A stretch of 63,031 bases of DNA, the filler included, from Octopus bimaculoides (taxonomy: Eukaryota): assembly GCF_001194135.2 (NCBI RefSeq). It is 6 parts of 6 records of this genome, joined end to end, with 100 filler letters (N's around TTAATTAATTAA, not from the genome) between each part and the next. Parts side by side here need not be neighbours in the genome. Positions count along the whole stretch, not along the records: positions 36,210 to 44,228 come from NC_068985.1; positions 44,329 to 58,126 come from NC_068989.1; 4 more parts are not named here. The stretch is one strand, 5' to 3'. Positions 37,237 through 49,624 of the stretch are shown in pieces; position 1 is the first letter of the stretch, and each line of letters begins with the position of its first letter. The notes below the pieces were generated by a model. It made no database searches. It saw only the letters and a list, made by a program, of their open reading frames with translations, and was not told where the DNA came from. Both the position numbers and the translations under genes were made by a program.

Positions 37237-37919
37237 CGAAAGCAAATATTGAAAGAGGTTTGTTTAGACAATCAGTAAATTGTGAATTGTTTAATTGGAA
37301 GAAATTTAGGATTAACACTTTTTGTTTGTAACAAGTAATTCGCGAAGATAATATTGATGAATGAATAACAATGCTGGTGAATCTTTTTGCAGGGTATTTA
37401 TTGTTTTACAATTAACAGAAATATAACAAAGATACTGAAGTAAATGAACGTATTTGGGGAGGAATGTGTTTAAACAATTATTAATGTGAATGTTTTTAAA
37501 AAGACAATTGGGAAATGATTTATAAATAACATCATGCGCTATAAGCAATTTAAAAAAACCCAGTTAAAATCAACGTTTTCAAGGGAGACAATAGAACGAT
37601 AACATCTTTTATGTATTATAGCGTGCCTCAATAATAAGTAAAGAGTAATTTATGTAAAGAAAATAATAATAAACTAAATCTGGGAAAGAAAAATAAACAT
37701 TTTCTGAGGGATCTTTTCTTCCTACGTCACCGATGACAGATATTTCGTCTCAGGATTGTATTTAGATGTTCTGAGAGCTACATATAAATTTGTGTATGTG
37801 TATGCGTGTGTGTGTGAGGGGCACTGGTTTTATCAGTTATACTACTCCTATAATTAGATTCCACAAAGTTCATTACTGTTAATAATAGCTTATATGAATA
37901 CGTTGATGAAAATACCGTT

Positions 37920-38140
37920 AATATTGGTTTCGAATCTTGGCACAAAGCCAGCAGTTTAGTGGTAAGGGATAAATCGAATAAATCGATTATATCAACTTAA
38001 TCGGTTCTTATTTTATCGACACCGAAAAGATGAAAGGCAAAGTCGACCTCGGCATCATTTGAAGTCACAACATAAAGACGAACGAAATGCCACTAAGCAT
38101 TTCGTCCGGCGTGCTAACGATTCTGCCAGCTCACCACCTT
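37920..38140 (-). mobile_element. SINE family A
   Basis: Reverse complement of the consensus; head ends at 38140. Confidence 0.85.
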
Positions 38141-38151
38141 CTTGTAGTATT

Positions 38152-38446
38152 TAAGGCTACGAGCTGGCAGAAACGTTAGCACACCGGGCGAAATGCTAAA
38201 CGGTATTTCGTCTGCCGTTACGTTCTGAGTTCAAATTGCGCCGAGGTCGACTTTGCCTTTCATCCTTTCGGGGTCGATAAATTAGGTACCAGTTACGCAG
38301 TGGGGTCGATGTAATGACTTAATCCGTTTGTCTGTCCTTGTTTGTCCCCTCTGTGTGCAGCCCCTTGTGGGCAATAAAGAAATAAGAAACGTTAGAACGC
38401 CGGGTGAGATGCTTAGCGGTATTTCGTCTGCCGTTACGTTCTGAGA
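38152..38446 (+). mobile_element. SINE family A (dimeric type, second unit truncated)
   Basis: Head starts about 11 nt after the inverted copy. Confidence 0.88.
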
Positions 38447-38664
38447 AAATTACCACTGCAAGATTTTGTATACTGGTAAAAGTTTCAAGAATTAAATTCC
38501 TGAGTTTCAGAAACTGGCTTTCTATATATTTTTTTCTTTTTTACTATTCATATCCGTAACCAATATATTGTAATTCAGCACTCGAACTCTTTGTATCCCA
38601 ATGTTACCCAAATCAATCCATGGAATTTTAAAATTCAGGCTGTCTAAAGTTACTTTGCCCACAG

Positions 38665-38823
38665 GTCAGATCGTATGTGGGCGCATGCGCCGTTGCAGTG
38701 CGTTGCTGCATACACCATTTGTCCGCATATCCCCGGGTCGTCCCAAATCTGCCGCGACCTTGTGGTATATGGTCGACTAACACGAGCCGTCAACCCAGCT
38801 CGATTTTCAGTGACGAGAACACG
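38665..38823 (+). other. CpG-rich segment bounded by splice-like sites (candidate exon or promoter-proximal exon)
   Basis: TACTTTGCCCACAG| acceptor, CG|GTAAGC donor, 159 bp, two open frames, and an NRF1-type palindrome GCGCATGCGC at 38681-38690. Confidence 0.35.
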
Positions 38824-39199
38824 GTAAGCAAGGAATAACTCGGAAAAGTGAGCAATATAACCAAGCAGTCTGAGTTTTCTAGTTTTCTTCAAATAATCTA
38901 AATTTAGATCTTAAAGGAAATTGTTAAGCAATTCACTCAACAATGCTCAATAGTTATTTTTGAACGTTCACAATGTCTGTTTTCTCATCAACATATAAAG
39001 TCATTGATTTGTCTTTCTCAAGTTCGAGAAATAGTGTTTAAGGTTAAGGAAATATTCAAAAGTGCCTCTGTTGATATTTTGTTACAAATTTTTTTTAGTC
39101 TGATTTCAATGGCTTTATGTTATTAAATATAACACCAAATGTTCTGGTGTCCGAATCATTTAAATATAAAGAGAAATCTGTAAGAAAAAATACATTATT

Positions 39200-39542
39200 C
39201 TTTTATTTGTTTCAATCATTTGACGGCGGCTGTGCTGGAGCACCACCATTAGTCGAGCAAATCGACCCCAGAACTTATTCTATCGATCTTTGAGCCGAAC
39301 CGCTAAGTTACGGGAACGTAAACAAACCAGCATCGGTTGTCAAGCGATGTTGGGGGACAAACACATACACACATATATATGTATATACGACGGGCTTCTT
39401 TCAGTTTCCGTCTACCAAATCCACTCACAAGGCTTTCGTCGACCCGAGGCTATAGTAGAAAACACATGCCCAGGGTGGGACTGAACCCGGAGCCATGTGG
39501 TTGGTAAGCAAGCTACTTACCACACAGCCACTCCTGCGCCTA
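39200..39542 (-). mobile_element. SINE family B, full length
   Basis: Tail through head ...CACAGCCACTCCTGCGCCT; short internal microsatellite. Confidence 0.9.
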
Positions 39543-40349
39543 TGTTTATATAAGCTAAATACAATCAAGTTAACCAGTTCCGCATGTACTTTCCCATCTC
39601 TAAAGAACAGAGCAATAATAACTAAACAAGCGAACTATGTAACATAAATGTTTCCATCTAAACAAATCTAAAAAATTACATAAACTTTTATTGTTTGTTA
39701 GCCGCTCTGTTATATTAGCTGCCGTGTCTTATTGTATTTCTGTTCACTCACAAATCCCTAATGTTAAATACTTTTTTATCCACCTCGACCTCCACCCGAA
39801 CCTTCTTTTTGGAAAAGTATTAAAAAGGAAAGAAACATATGAGATTGTAATATACTTCCCATCATTGAGTGGTTTTCCATGTTGAGTTGTAATCTCCGAA
39901 ATCTCAAAACTAGCAACGGCTAATTTAGAATTCTCTAACACGAAATTCCAACAAAATATTTTACTGTATTTTATCCGTTGCTGATTTCTCAACAAATGTG
40001 TTCTTTTTATTTCTTGGTCAGTTGTAACACTGAGCTAACTATGAACAGATCTGAATTTATGCTTTACTGAAAAAAAGCCCTACACTTCACTTCTTCGGAA
40101 CATAAGCTACATATTAACAATATGTTTTGTCGTCCATTGTGATCATATCACGACTTACACTCCATATTTCTTGAAAATTCTTCTATTCTTTGAATCGTTT
40201 TGTTTCTTTACTGGCCAAGCTGATATTCTGAAGAAGATCAAGCGGTAAATTCAATTTTAAAATATTTTCCCGATAAACTTAAGTGTGGTAATATAACTTA
40301 TCATAGTATATCCTACTAAACAAAGTCGACAAGCTGACAGAGTTGTTAC

Positions 40350-40530
40350 CCGCCGGTAAAAATACTTAGCGGCATTTCGTCCGTCATCACGTTCTGAGTT
40401 TAAATTTTGCCGTAGGTGACTTTCCCTTTAATCTTTACGGGATCGATAAAATAAGTACCAGTTGAATACTGGGGTTGACGTAATCGTCTTGTCTCTGAAT
40501 TTGCTGGCCTTGTGCTAAAATCTGAAACCA
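40350..40530 (+). mobile_element. SINE family A, degenerate
   Basis: CTTAGCGGCATTTCGTCC...GATAAAATAAGTACCAGTTG. Confidence 0.75.
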
Positions 40531-40641
40531 AAGTAACATACTTAATTGACCACAGTGAGATAATTTATCATAATTGCAGATGCTGTCTTTTTAAGATAGT
40601 ATCACAGCAAGAATATTTACCAACTAATTTAACAAGGAACC

Positions 40642-40856
40642 TAAGGCGGCGAGCTGGCTGAAAGGTTAGCACGCCGGGCGAAATTCTTAGCGGTATTTCG
40701 TCTTGTCTTTACGTTCTGAGTTTAAATTCCGCCGAAGTCGACTTTGCCTTTCATCTTTTCGGGGTCAATAAATTAAGTACCAGTTGCGTATTAAGTTCGA
40801 TCTAATCTACTGGTCTCCTCCCACAAAATTTCGGGTCCTTGTGCCTGGAGTAGAAA
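40642..40856 (+). mobile_element. SINE family A, full length
   Basis: TAAGGCGGCGAGCTGG head through the CCTTGTGCCTGGAGTAGAAA tail. Confidence 0.88.
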
Positions 40857-40904
40857 CCCGAAACCCAAGCAGAGTAGTCTTACGTCATCAAGGGTTTATA
40901 ACTT

Positions 40905-41141
40905 TTATTCTGGATTGGATCTGTAGTCTTCGAATTAGCTTTCTCCTTTCTGGTTTTGAGAAGCTTAATATCCCAAGATGGGTATTTAGGCAGTGTATTA
41001 CATATCCCAGAGCTCCAATAATTACAGGTATAAACCTGAACTTGTAACCTGGATAGAACAACTGCAGATTTCTCAATAGTTCAGCGTAGGTGTTTTCTTT
41101 TTCCCTGATCTTCAGCTTTGTGATAACATCCGCTGGGTAGC
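40905..41141 (-). mobile_element. Fragment of the same R4-like family as 27471-29950 (endonuclease C-terminus)
   Basis: YPGYKFRFIPVIIGALGYVIHCLNTHL...FSKPERRKLIRRLQ, nearly identical to ORF 29473-29688. (CATA)n lies at its 5' junction. Confidence 0.85.
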
Positions 41142-41204
41142 TATACGTATAAATGTATGTATGTATGTATGTATGTATGAATGTATGCATGTATGTATGT
41201 ATGT

Positions 41205-41362
41205 ATGTGCTTCCGTCTACCAAATCCGTTCGCAAGGCTTTGATCTGCCCGGGGCAATATTAAAAGAACACCTGTCCAAAGTACCACGCAGTGGAACTAA
41301 ACCCAAGACCATATGGTTGAGAAACAAGCTTCTTTACCACACAGCCACCATCCTAACTGCCC
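41205..41362 (-). mobile_element. SINE family B 5' half
   Basis: TTCCGTCTACCAAATCC...CACGCAGTGGAACTAAACCC. Confidence 0.75.
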
Positions 41363-42024
41363 TCAATATCAGTCATAGATTTTACTGTGACCCTAGCCAA
41401 GAAATGCTTGTACCTCCTTAAGAAACAGTACATAACATAACACTAACAAACTACTTCACAGATTGGTAAGTTTATTAAGAGTAAATTAGTAACATATCTT
41501 GAATTTTAAATGTTCAAACAACATACTAAAATGACCTGCCTTCTCACTCACACCTTGTAATTTATATCCGACTTTGCAGCAGTCTTCCAAAACATGGGTA
41601 CAGCTATACATGCCGATAATTTAATATCCCTTCGCCATTTCTCGACAACAATTTTACAAGTAAAAGTAAGCAAACCATCTTTCAACGACTGAGAATCTTG
41701 GCTCTAAACAAATAGTCTAAAAGTATTACCAACCAAATGCAGCACTTCCTTTTCATATGTTTTAGCTTTGAGAATTCTAGTTATGCTATTGAACATGTCG
41801 GTTATGAGACCGAAAACAGCACCTGTATAAAGAGCATCAGTGGCAACAGAAACATTGCCAATGACAACAACAGAAACAACAATAACAGCAGTAATGAAAA
41901 CTCTTAAAGCAAGGAGGAAAATACTGAAATGTAATAAGAACGAGGTATAAATATAAACATCAACAAGACGAAGAAAGAATTGGTTGAGAAGTCAGTGGAA
42001 AGTTCTAACAAAACAAGCGCAAAT

Positions 42025-42243
42025 ATTGGCTTCAAAATTTGGTTCAAGGCTGGCAATTTGGGGAGAGGTGGTAAGTCGTTTATATCGACCCCAGTGCTCA
42101 ACTGGTACTTATTTTATCGACCCCGAAAGGATGAAAGGCAAAAGTCGACATCGGCGGAATTTGAACTCAGAACGTAAAGACGGACGAAATGCCGCTAAGC
42201 ATTTTTGCCGGCGCGCTAACGATTCTGCCAGCTCGCCGCCTTA
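42025..42243 (-). mobile_element. SINE family A, full length
   Basis: Reverse complement of the consensus. Confidence 0.88.
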
Positions 42244-42529
42244 ACAATGGTAAATATTATCATCAGTAGCAACAATATCAACACCAATAACAACACAAGA
42301 AACAAGAGGAAAAAAATCATCATCATTTTCGTCCTTACCTGCAGCAGCAGTATGATCGTCATCATCCTCATCGCCGCCGCCGCCGTTGTCATCATCAACA
42401 AGAACCACAACATGACAAGAAGAACAGTAACAACTGCAATAACACGCAGAAATGTAGCTCATTAACAAGAACTATCAGTATCAGAACTAAATACTTGCAT
42501 TAGTTCAAAAATAAAACGAGAAAGATTTC

Positions 42530-42703
42530 TTATATAAAGAGGCTTTGAGCAATGGCGCTTTTAGAATACAAACGTTCCGGAAAGTACTGCTTCGTGGAGC
42601 TTTGATGCACAACGGTCGTTGCGTGCAAAATGCAAAACGGCTGTTGTCTGGAACTATCGTGAAAATACTTGAAATTACATACAGTACATCGACAAAATCC
42701 ATT
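42530..42703 (-). CDS. Candidate terminal coding exon (NGFCRCTVCNFKYFHD...AQSLFI*)
   Basis: Strong acceptor TTTTTGTTATCCGTCCTTCTCTGTGTAG|; phase 0, compatible with the 43962-44141 exon. Other frames are also open here, so support is weak. Confidence 0.3.
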   Translation of the reverse strand, partial: NGFCRCTVCNFKYFHDSSRQQPFCILHATTVVHQSSTKQYFPERLYSKSAIAQSLFI

Positions 42704-42884
42704 CTACACAGAGAAGGACGGATAACAAAAACTGAATGTGAAGCGGGAAACGAGGATGCGAATATGTGGTTTCTTAATTTGTTAGACATAGGAGTCAGTT
42801 CTTCCTCAAATCGTACTCTGCTGTCATTAAAATTTGGTGACATGCCTGTCCAAGCAAAAAAAAAAGAAAGAAAATAGTCACGGA

Positions 42885-43533
42885 TGTGTATGTTGTACTT
42901 GTTTCGGTCATTAGACTGCGACCGTGCTGGGGACACCACCTTGAAAACTTTAGTCGAATGAATCGACCCCAGGGCTTATCGTTTTAAGCCTGGCACTTAT
43001 TTTATCGTCTCTTTTGCCGAGCCGCTAAGTTACGAGGACGTAAACACACNNNNNNNNNNNNNNNNNNNNNNNNNNNNNNNNNNNNNNNNNNNNNNNNNNN
43101 NNNNNNNNNNNNNNNNNNNNNNNNNNNNNNNNNNNNNNNNNNNNNNNNNNNNNNNNNNNNNNNNNNNNNNNNNNNNNNNNNNNNNNNNNNNNNNNNNNNN
43201 NNNNNNNNNNNNNNNNNNNNNNNNNNNNNNNNNNNNNNNNNNNNNNNNNNNNNNNNNNNNNNNNNNNNNNNNNNNNNNNNNNNNNNNNNNNNNNNNNNNN
43301 NNNNNNNNNNNNNNNNNNNNNNNNNNNNNNNNNNNNNNNNNNNNNNNNNNNNNNNNNNNNNNNNNNNNNNNNNNNNNNNNNNNNNNNNNNNNNNNNNNNN
43401 NNNNNNNNNNNNNNNNNNNNNNNNNNNNNNNNNNNNNNNNNNNNNNNNNNNNNNNNNNNNNNNNNNNNNNNNNNNNNNNNNNNNNNNNNNNNNNNNNNNN
43501 NNNNNNNNNNNNNNNNNNNNNNNNNNNNNNNNN

Positions 43534-43593
<60 letters not shown>

Positions 43594-43740
43594 GACAGGC
43601 GTACCAAATCTACTCACAAGGCTTTAGTCCGTCCAAGGCTGTAGTAGACGATACCTACTCGAGGTATCACGCAGTGGGACTGAACCCAGAACCTTGTGGT
43701 TGGGAAGCAAATTGCTAACCACACAGTCACGCCAGCGTCT
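42885..43740 (-). mobile_element. SINE family B split by an N gap at its internal microsatellite
   Basis: 3' half at 42885-43049 and 5' half at 43590-43740. Confidence 0.82.
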
Positions 43741-43961
43741 ATCATACAGTATAACCTCAAAATAACATGTTGATTACTGTTTTAACACCTTACCTGGGGT
43801 AAGGCAACATCAAAAAGGAAACGTTAGATAGTCGATTGAGCAATGTTTTAGTTAATTAGTTTATACATCATACCTTTATGTCTACCGCAGTTTATTTGTT
43901 GTCTTTAGATAAAATATCTAACGCCATATACCTCAGTAACAGCTGTTAGAGATTAGCTTAC

Positions 43962-44141
43962 AGTTGGAAGAATATTATTAGCGATTGCAAAATTCCTGCA
44001 TTCGCTTGCATCTTTGTTGCAGTCAGCACTGCATTTCTTTGCCTCGAAGTTTTTCGTCAAAACCATTGCGCAAATTCTTTCATTCCAAAGATCTTTCTCC
44101 TTCGGCTGAGCCAAGTTCTCTCCTACAATAATGTAGTCCAT
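43962..44141 (-). CDS. Candidate coding exon (MDYIIVGENLAQPKEKDLWNERICAMVLTKNFEAKKCSADCNKDASECRNFAIANNILPT)
   Basis: 60 open codons ending at the donor ACT|GTAAGC. An overlapping plus-strand exon model (43964-44169) is also open, so the strand is unresolved. Confidence 0.3.
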
Positions 44142-44196
44142 CTGGAGGACTTTCCTTTATCCAACATCTGTATGTATACATATCGATAGACAGATA

Positions 44197-44228
<32 letters not shown>

Positions 44229-44328
44229 NNNNNNNNNNNNNNNNNNNNNNNNNNNNNNNNNNNNNNNNNNNNTTAATTAATTAANNNNNNNNNNNNNNNN
44301 NNNNNNNNNNNNNNNNNNNNNNNNNNNN

Positions 44329-44562
44329 GCGGGTGGCACATAAAAGACACCATTTCGAGCGTGGCCGTTTTCGTGCGGGTGACACGTAAAAGCACCCACT
44401 ACACTCTCTGAGTGGTTGGCGTTAGGAAGGGTATCCAGCTGTAGAAACTCTGCCAAATCAGACTGGAGCCTGGTGTTGCCATCCGGTTTCACCAGTCCTC
44501 AGTCAAATCGTCCAACCCATGCTAGCATGGAAAGCGGACGTTAAACGATGATGATGATGATG
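44329..44562 (+). mobile_element. SINE family D 3' part with RTE-type (GAT)n tail
   Basis: GGCGTTAGGAAGGGTATCCAGCTGTAGAAAC...CCCATGCTAGCATGGAAAGCGGACGTTAAACGATGATGATG. Confidence 0.8.
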
Positions 44563-45184
44563 ATGATATATATATATATATATTGTTGCTATTATGCAAA
44601 AGCGTCATAAATCCAAAACATTGCTTTTTCAGAAAACAAAGAAATAGTTTCATCATTCCATAGCAAAACTGTTGTACTACACTGACAATTTTTGATATCT
44701 TGGCATCTGAAGCAGCTGGAGATAGGATAGTTTGACCCAAAAATTAAATATTGAGGAAAACGCATTTGGGCAAATTTGGGCATATGACAGTTTAACATAA
44801 TAGCAACAGTATCATATATATGTAACTACAGCAACCAGGTTACTGCAGGTTGTTTATATACTGCAGGTCCCAATGTGCTTCCTTACATTGTCATAGTTTT
44901 CGAATGATGCCATACTGCTGATTAGTTGGACAGGCCAACATCCCCACTGAACAGAATGCCAGTCCATTGCAGGGATGCCCATTTACAGCTGTGTCCAATT
45001 GGTGCAACATGAACTGAAGCATTTTGTTCAGGAACACAATGCACTATCAATCTGGAAATTGAAACCACAATCTTGTGATTGTGATTGTGACCTATATATA
45101 TATATGAGAGAGAGAGAGAGATAACATCTGTCTCTACAAATTATACCTGACCTGTGCAAGCATGGAAAAATGGATGTTAAAATG

Positions 45185-45223
<39 letters not shown>

Positions 45224-45464
45224 NNNNNNNNNNNNNNNNNNNNNNNNNNNNNNNNNNNNNNNNNNNNNNNNNNNNNNNNNNNNNNNNNNNNNNNNNNNNN
45301 NNNNNNNNNNNNNNNNNNNNNNNNNNNNNNNNNNNNNNNNNNNNNNNNNNNNNNNNNNNNNNNNNNNNNNNNNNNNNNNNNNNNNNNNNNNNNNNNNNNN
45401 NNNNNNNNNNNNNNNNNNNNNNNNNNNNNNNNNNNNNNNNNNNNNNNNNNNNNNNNNNNNNNNN

Positions 45465-45490
45465 CCACCACCACCACCACCACCACCACC

Positions 45491-45527
<37 letters not shown>
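45465..45527. repeat. (CAC)n-(TAC)n compound microsatellite
   Basis: Directly visible after the gap. Confidence 0.95.
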
Positions 45528-47089
45528 GTTTACTTGATGTGAATTTAACTTTTTCTCATTTCAATTTTTATGAAAATTGTTTATATTATGAAATTTGAGT
45601 TTGTAGTGTGTTTTTTTTTCTTCTTATATTAACTTTTTATCAGATCTCTAAAACGAAATCAATAACTGAAATGAAAATAGAGCGTCAGTGTGTTCATGTT
45701 GTGTGAACTGAGGTGTGGTTACTAAATAATTTGAATACTACCTTACTAATGAACTGTTACTATGGATTCGTTGGTAAACCTGTAATCAGGTTAAGCAACA
45801 AATAAATGCTTCACTTCATGTGTTTGTCAGTTAGTATTTATAATGATATCTTGCCTTACAGCTATTTCAAATCCATGGAAATATGAAAACAGTGTTTTCA
45901 TATTTCAGATTCTTTTTTTTTTTTTCACAAGATAGTGGGGAAAAAACTAGATTATCTAGAACTTGGTGCATAAACTTGTGTTACAGCTTATTTTTACTAA
46001 ACTGTAACATTATAATATACTTGCTCCTGTGTCTCTTAGATATACACACAGGCATAAACACATATGTACACATATGTGAATATTCATACATAGATACAGA
46101 GACATGGATACATAAACAGATATACAAAGTTGTACAGATTTATATATTCATAGTCACTCATGCACACACTCATACATACACATTTTTAATCTACTTATTT
46201 GTTTAGTTGAACTATTACATTTTCCTTTTAAGGGTGTGTAAATATGCTAGCTTTAGTTGAGCATGCCAAATGACCTCCTGTTTGGATGTTATCCAAAACT
46301 TTGGAATAGTTTGTAGTGAAACACTTTCCATCTCCTCACTTGTTATTTCTGATGTTCGTATTTGATGTTCCTGCTTTCTCTAACTGCTTTACACCCAACT
46401 AGACCATTCTCATTCACTAACAGCTATTCCAATTATAACTCAATGCTATAATCATATCATTACTATTGCCATGTCTTTATATAAATCAGATTAATAAAAC
46501 TAAGAGGCCCTATGTTTGAACGCAAATTTAGAGCATCCAGCTAATTATTAGTCATTATTTTCACTTGAATTTACATGTTCGTATAAAAATAAAAAGAGAA
46601 AAGAAACAACACTGCATAATTTTGTTGATGGGCTGTAATCTCAGAGAGTTTATATTATGAAAGAAAATACACAAACAAAAAAGATATTCCATGTTAATTA
46701 TCATTTTGTGATAAAATTAAATAGGCTACAAATTAGATTGTTGCTGTCTGTATTGAGCGTCAAACCTTTAAAATTGGAGTTGAATAGGTTCATTTCATTT
46801 ATGCTATAACCTCTACACTTAGCATTGTTTATATGTTATTGTATATATATATATATATCATTTTTTTTTTTAGAAGTGGGAATCATTTGTTATGGATATC
46901 AATTAGGTGGCATACATTACTCCAGCCATGTGATTTACATGTACGATGTTAGGAATTGTTCCAAAAGTTTTTCTTTCTTTCAGTAAATGTCAACATGTCT
47001 GAGTGTTAGTGTTAATGGTGGTACACTGCTCTAACAGTATGGATAATTTATATTTCTGATTAGTAATCCTTATAATGGCTTGTTAATGA

Positions 47090-47670
47090 CTCCATTGGGT
47101 GCATGTAATTATATTGTTTTCTCGTTTGTATTGCCACCAACCACCTCTTATTTTTATCTCACTACCCACCCTTCTCACTATTCTCCATCCTCTGCCTTTC
47201 CATTTGGGATCCACCCTCTGTCTCTCCATTTGGGATATTCTCACTGCATCCCCACTATGGTATCCTCCAGCTCCAGCACATTTTCTCTCTCATTGCCCTC
47301 TCTCCACAGCATCTCTGCCTCCTCAGTGTCCATTCCCATCCTTCCCCCTCTGGCCTATTATCCCCTGCCCCCATTTTCATTGACTCAGGATTCTTATCCA
47401 CCTTAGTCAGTTGCTCCCTTCCTAGCCCTTTCCCTTCATACCTTTTGTCCATACTTGTTTTGCAATGTAGGATAGTCCCTATACAACCCACACTATCACC
47501 TTTCCACTTTACCCCACCCCCTTTTCTCATTAACCTCTGTCACAAATTCCTTCCCTTTCCCCTGTCATACTCTCCCCCCTCAATTACTTTGTTGTTCTCT
47601 CTGCTACCACTTTATAGCAGTTGTAAATCTGTTCCTTTCATCTTATCCTCCCTTATCCCTGCTGCTTAGA
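47090..47670 (+). repeat. Pyrimidine-rich low-complexity tract (possibly an old retroelement 3' region)
   Basis: Strong C/T bias; the S/P/L-rich ORFs are compositional. Confidence 0.55.
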
Positions 47671-48049
47671 ATCATTGCCTGATTTTAGTTGATACTAAGA
47701 AAATATCCACAAATACATGCTCCATATTTACCTGGGGAGACGTATAAATAAGGTGACACTTTCAAACATGCCATCTGAACTGAGTATTAAATATTTCACT
47801 ATGATATTGGAAGATGTTAAAATTAATCACCATAAGACCAAGCCCTCGTTCTAAGGAGAACTGGTCAGGGATCAATATAGAGGCAGGGATGCTGCTCATA
47901 CCTGAAAGTTTTCAGAGGAACCAGGTCTCAACTACAAGGAGAGTGATGAACCTATAAGACTTGTAGCAGAGTAATGTAAACAGATAATACTTTGATATCC
48001 TGTTTAATATCTTTAGTTCCAAAACCAAAATTCACTTTCATTTCCACTT

Positions 48050-48640
48050 GTTGCAAATTCATTCCAGACTTGTTTGGCAAACTTTTGGCAGACATCTATT
48101 GCAACTGGTAGCACTGGGAGTGGCAACACTGTTGAGAAAGGATGCCAACAAAGGGATGTTGTTGGCAGTTTACTTTCAATAAATCTGCTGAATACAGAGT
48201 TCAAAATTTTGTCTGACATGTCAGCAAAAAAGTTTGGACTTGTTATTGATGGTTTGGTTGGGGAAGCAGAAACATGCACAATCCTGAACAGGTCCAACCA
48301 TGACAATCTCCATCTTATAGACGCATTCTCATAGAGAGAGTTAGAATCAAAGCTGGATTCAGTGGGTGCTCAGATCAACTGGGTTTTGACCCATTTTCAG
48401 AGGTTGAGTTGCTGTAATGCACAGCAACACCTACTCAGTGGTCAAACTAAACGGTTGCCTCTCAGAAGAATTTCATGTCAGATGGTCAGTTTGACAGGGC
48501 TGCCCCATCTTGCCCCCTGTATATGCAGGCTCTTGAGTCTCTACTGCAAGCTGAACAGTTGAGAGACACCCCTTTTGAACTGGGATTCAGGAGGGCCATA
48601 TCAGTCTATGCAGGCAATATCTTTATATTGACATCACTTA
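48050..48640 (+). mobile_element. Tx1/L1-clade LINE reverse-transcriptase remnant
   Basis: IPDLFGKLLADIY, SINLLNTEFKILS...GEAETCTILNRSNHDNLHLI, QGCPILPP.YMQALE and SVYAGNI (decayed YADD). Confidence 0.7.
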
Positions 48641-49624
48641 AAAAAAAAAACAGTGTCTGGTTTCTTGTCCAGTAACTTTGCTGCTCAGCAAATAGAGATC
48701 ACCAAGTACCAAACTTAAAAATAAGTGCTGGGGTCAATTATGGTCAGCTGAAACTTTTCAAGGTGGTGTCCTTGTATGGCTACAGTCCAAAAGCTTAAGC
48801 AAATAAAAGAGATGTATTGTGTATGTATATATACAGGCATCCCCTGCATTAAAGAAGCATTGCATTCCAAAAACTGTTACTGTGATATGAAATTCTATAA
48901 TGTGAAACCTATTTTCTCATGCTTTATGAAATTCCATATTACAGTAAAATTTTCCAGATTGTAATATCTCTGTAATACAGGGAATGATTGCATTTAACAT
49001 GAAATTGTATTTGGAGTATTGAAACTGTTGGCTGAAATGAATAATAAAGGGAGAAATTTACAACAAAACTAGATTAATCATAATGAATTATTTCAGTAGA
49101 GCTGAGCAACACTGGATATATATAAGGATTGAATAAGAGTTGTTTCTTGGTGAGTTCAAACTGTATTTGTGTGAGTATTGTAGGCACTAACAGATTTGTT
49201 ATACTGAGAGAAGAAATTTTAATTAAAATTACACCATTACTGATAAGAATAGTCATTATGTAAATGACCAGTTCTTATCAAGAATAGCAAGGGAGACAAC
49301 TCAGAATTTATAATTAAAATTGTTTTAATATAGAAGGTAATGAGAAGTGAGTCTGATCGTTAACAGTACAAGAACAACACTATTTATTAGACATTGCCTG
49401 CAAAATTCGTCACTGCAGATCCTAGAATGACACAAAAGTTTGTAACGCTGCTAAAGAACTGCTAAGAGAAATTCAAAGACTGGCTAACAGTATTGAATGA
49501 TTTGGACCAGTGATTCATATGTCCGCAAAATGAGTGTATGTGTGTATGTATGTATGCTTCCATCTCATCATGACATCATATGCTGAATAGAAATACAACT
49601 TCATTATCATAGAAATAGTGCTAT

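Noticed and set aside
36781-37278. 165-aa ORF as an intact gene
   Set aside because: The C-terminal half is antisense SINE family A sequence and the N-terminal half is a frameshifted ORF1-like remnant.
44112-44126. CAP/SCP-domain protein suggested by GENLA
   Set aside because: No other CAP motifs (HN..R, HYTQ.VW) are nearby; a 5-residue match is expected by chance.
43990-44167. Selenoprotein reading (minus frame with two TGA codons, ...SLE-U-KNL...QC-U-LQQRC)
   Set aside because: No SECIS was recognised downstream and there is no similarity to selenoprotein P or other known selenoproteins. A SECISearch run would be needed to revive the idea.
49426-49500. Possible terminal exon NDTKVCNAAKELLREIQRLANSIE*
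   Set aside because: Poor acceptor context and too short to distinguish from chance.
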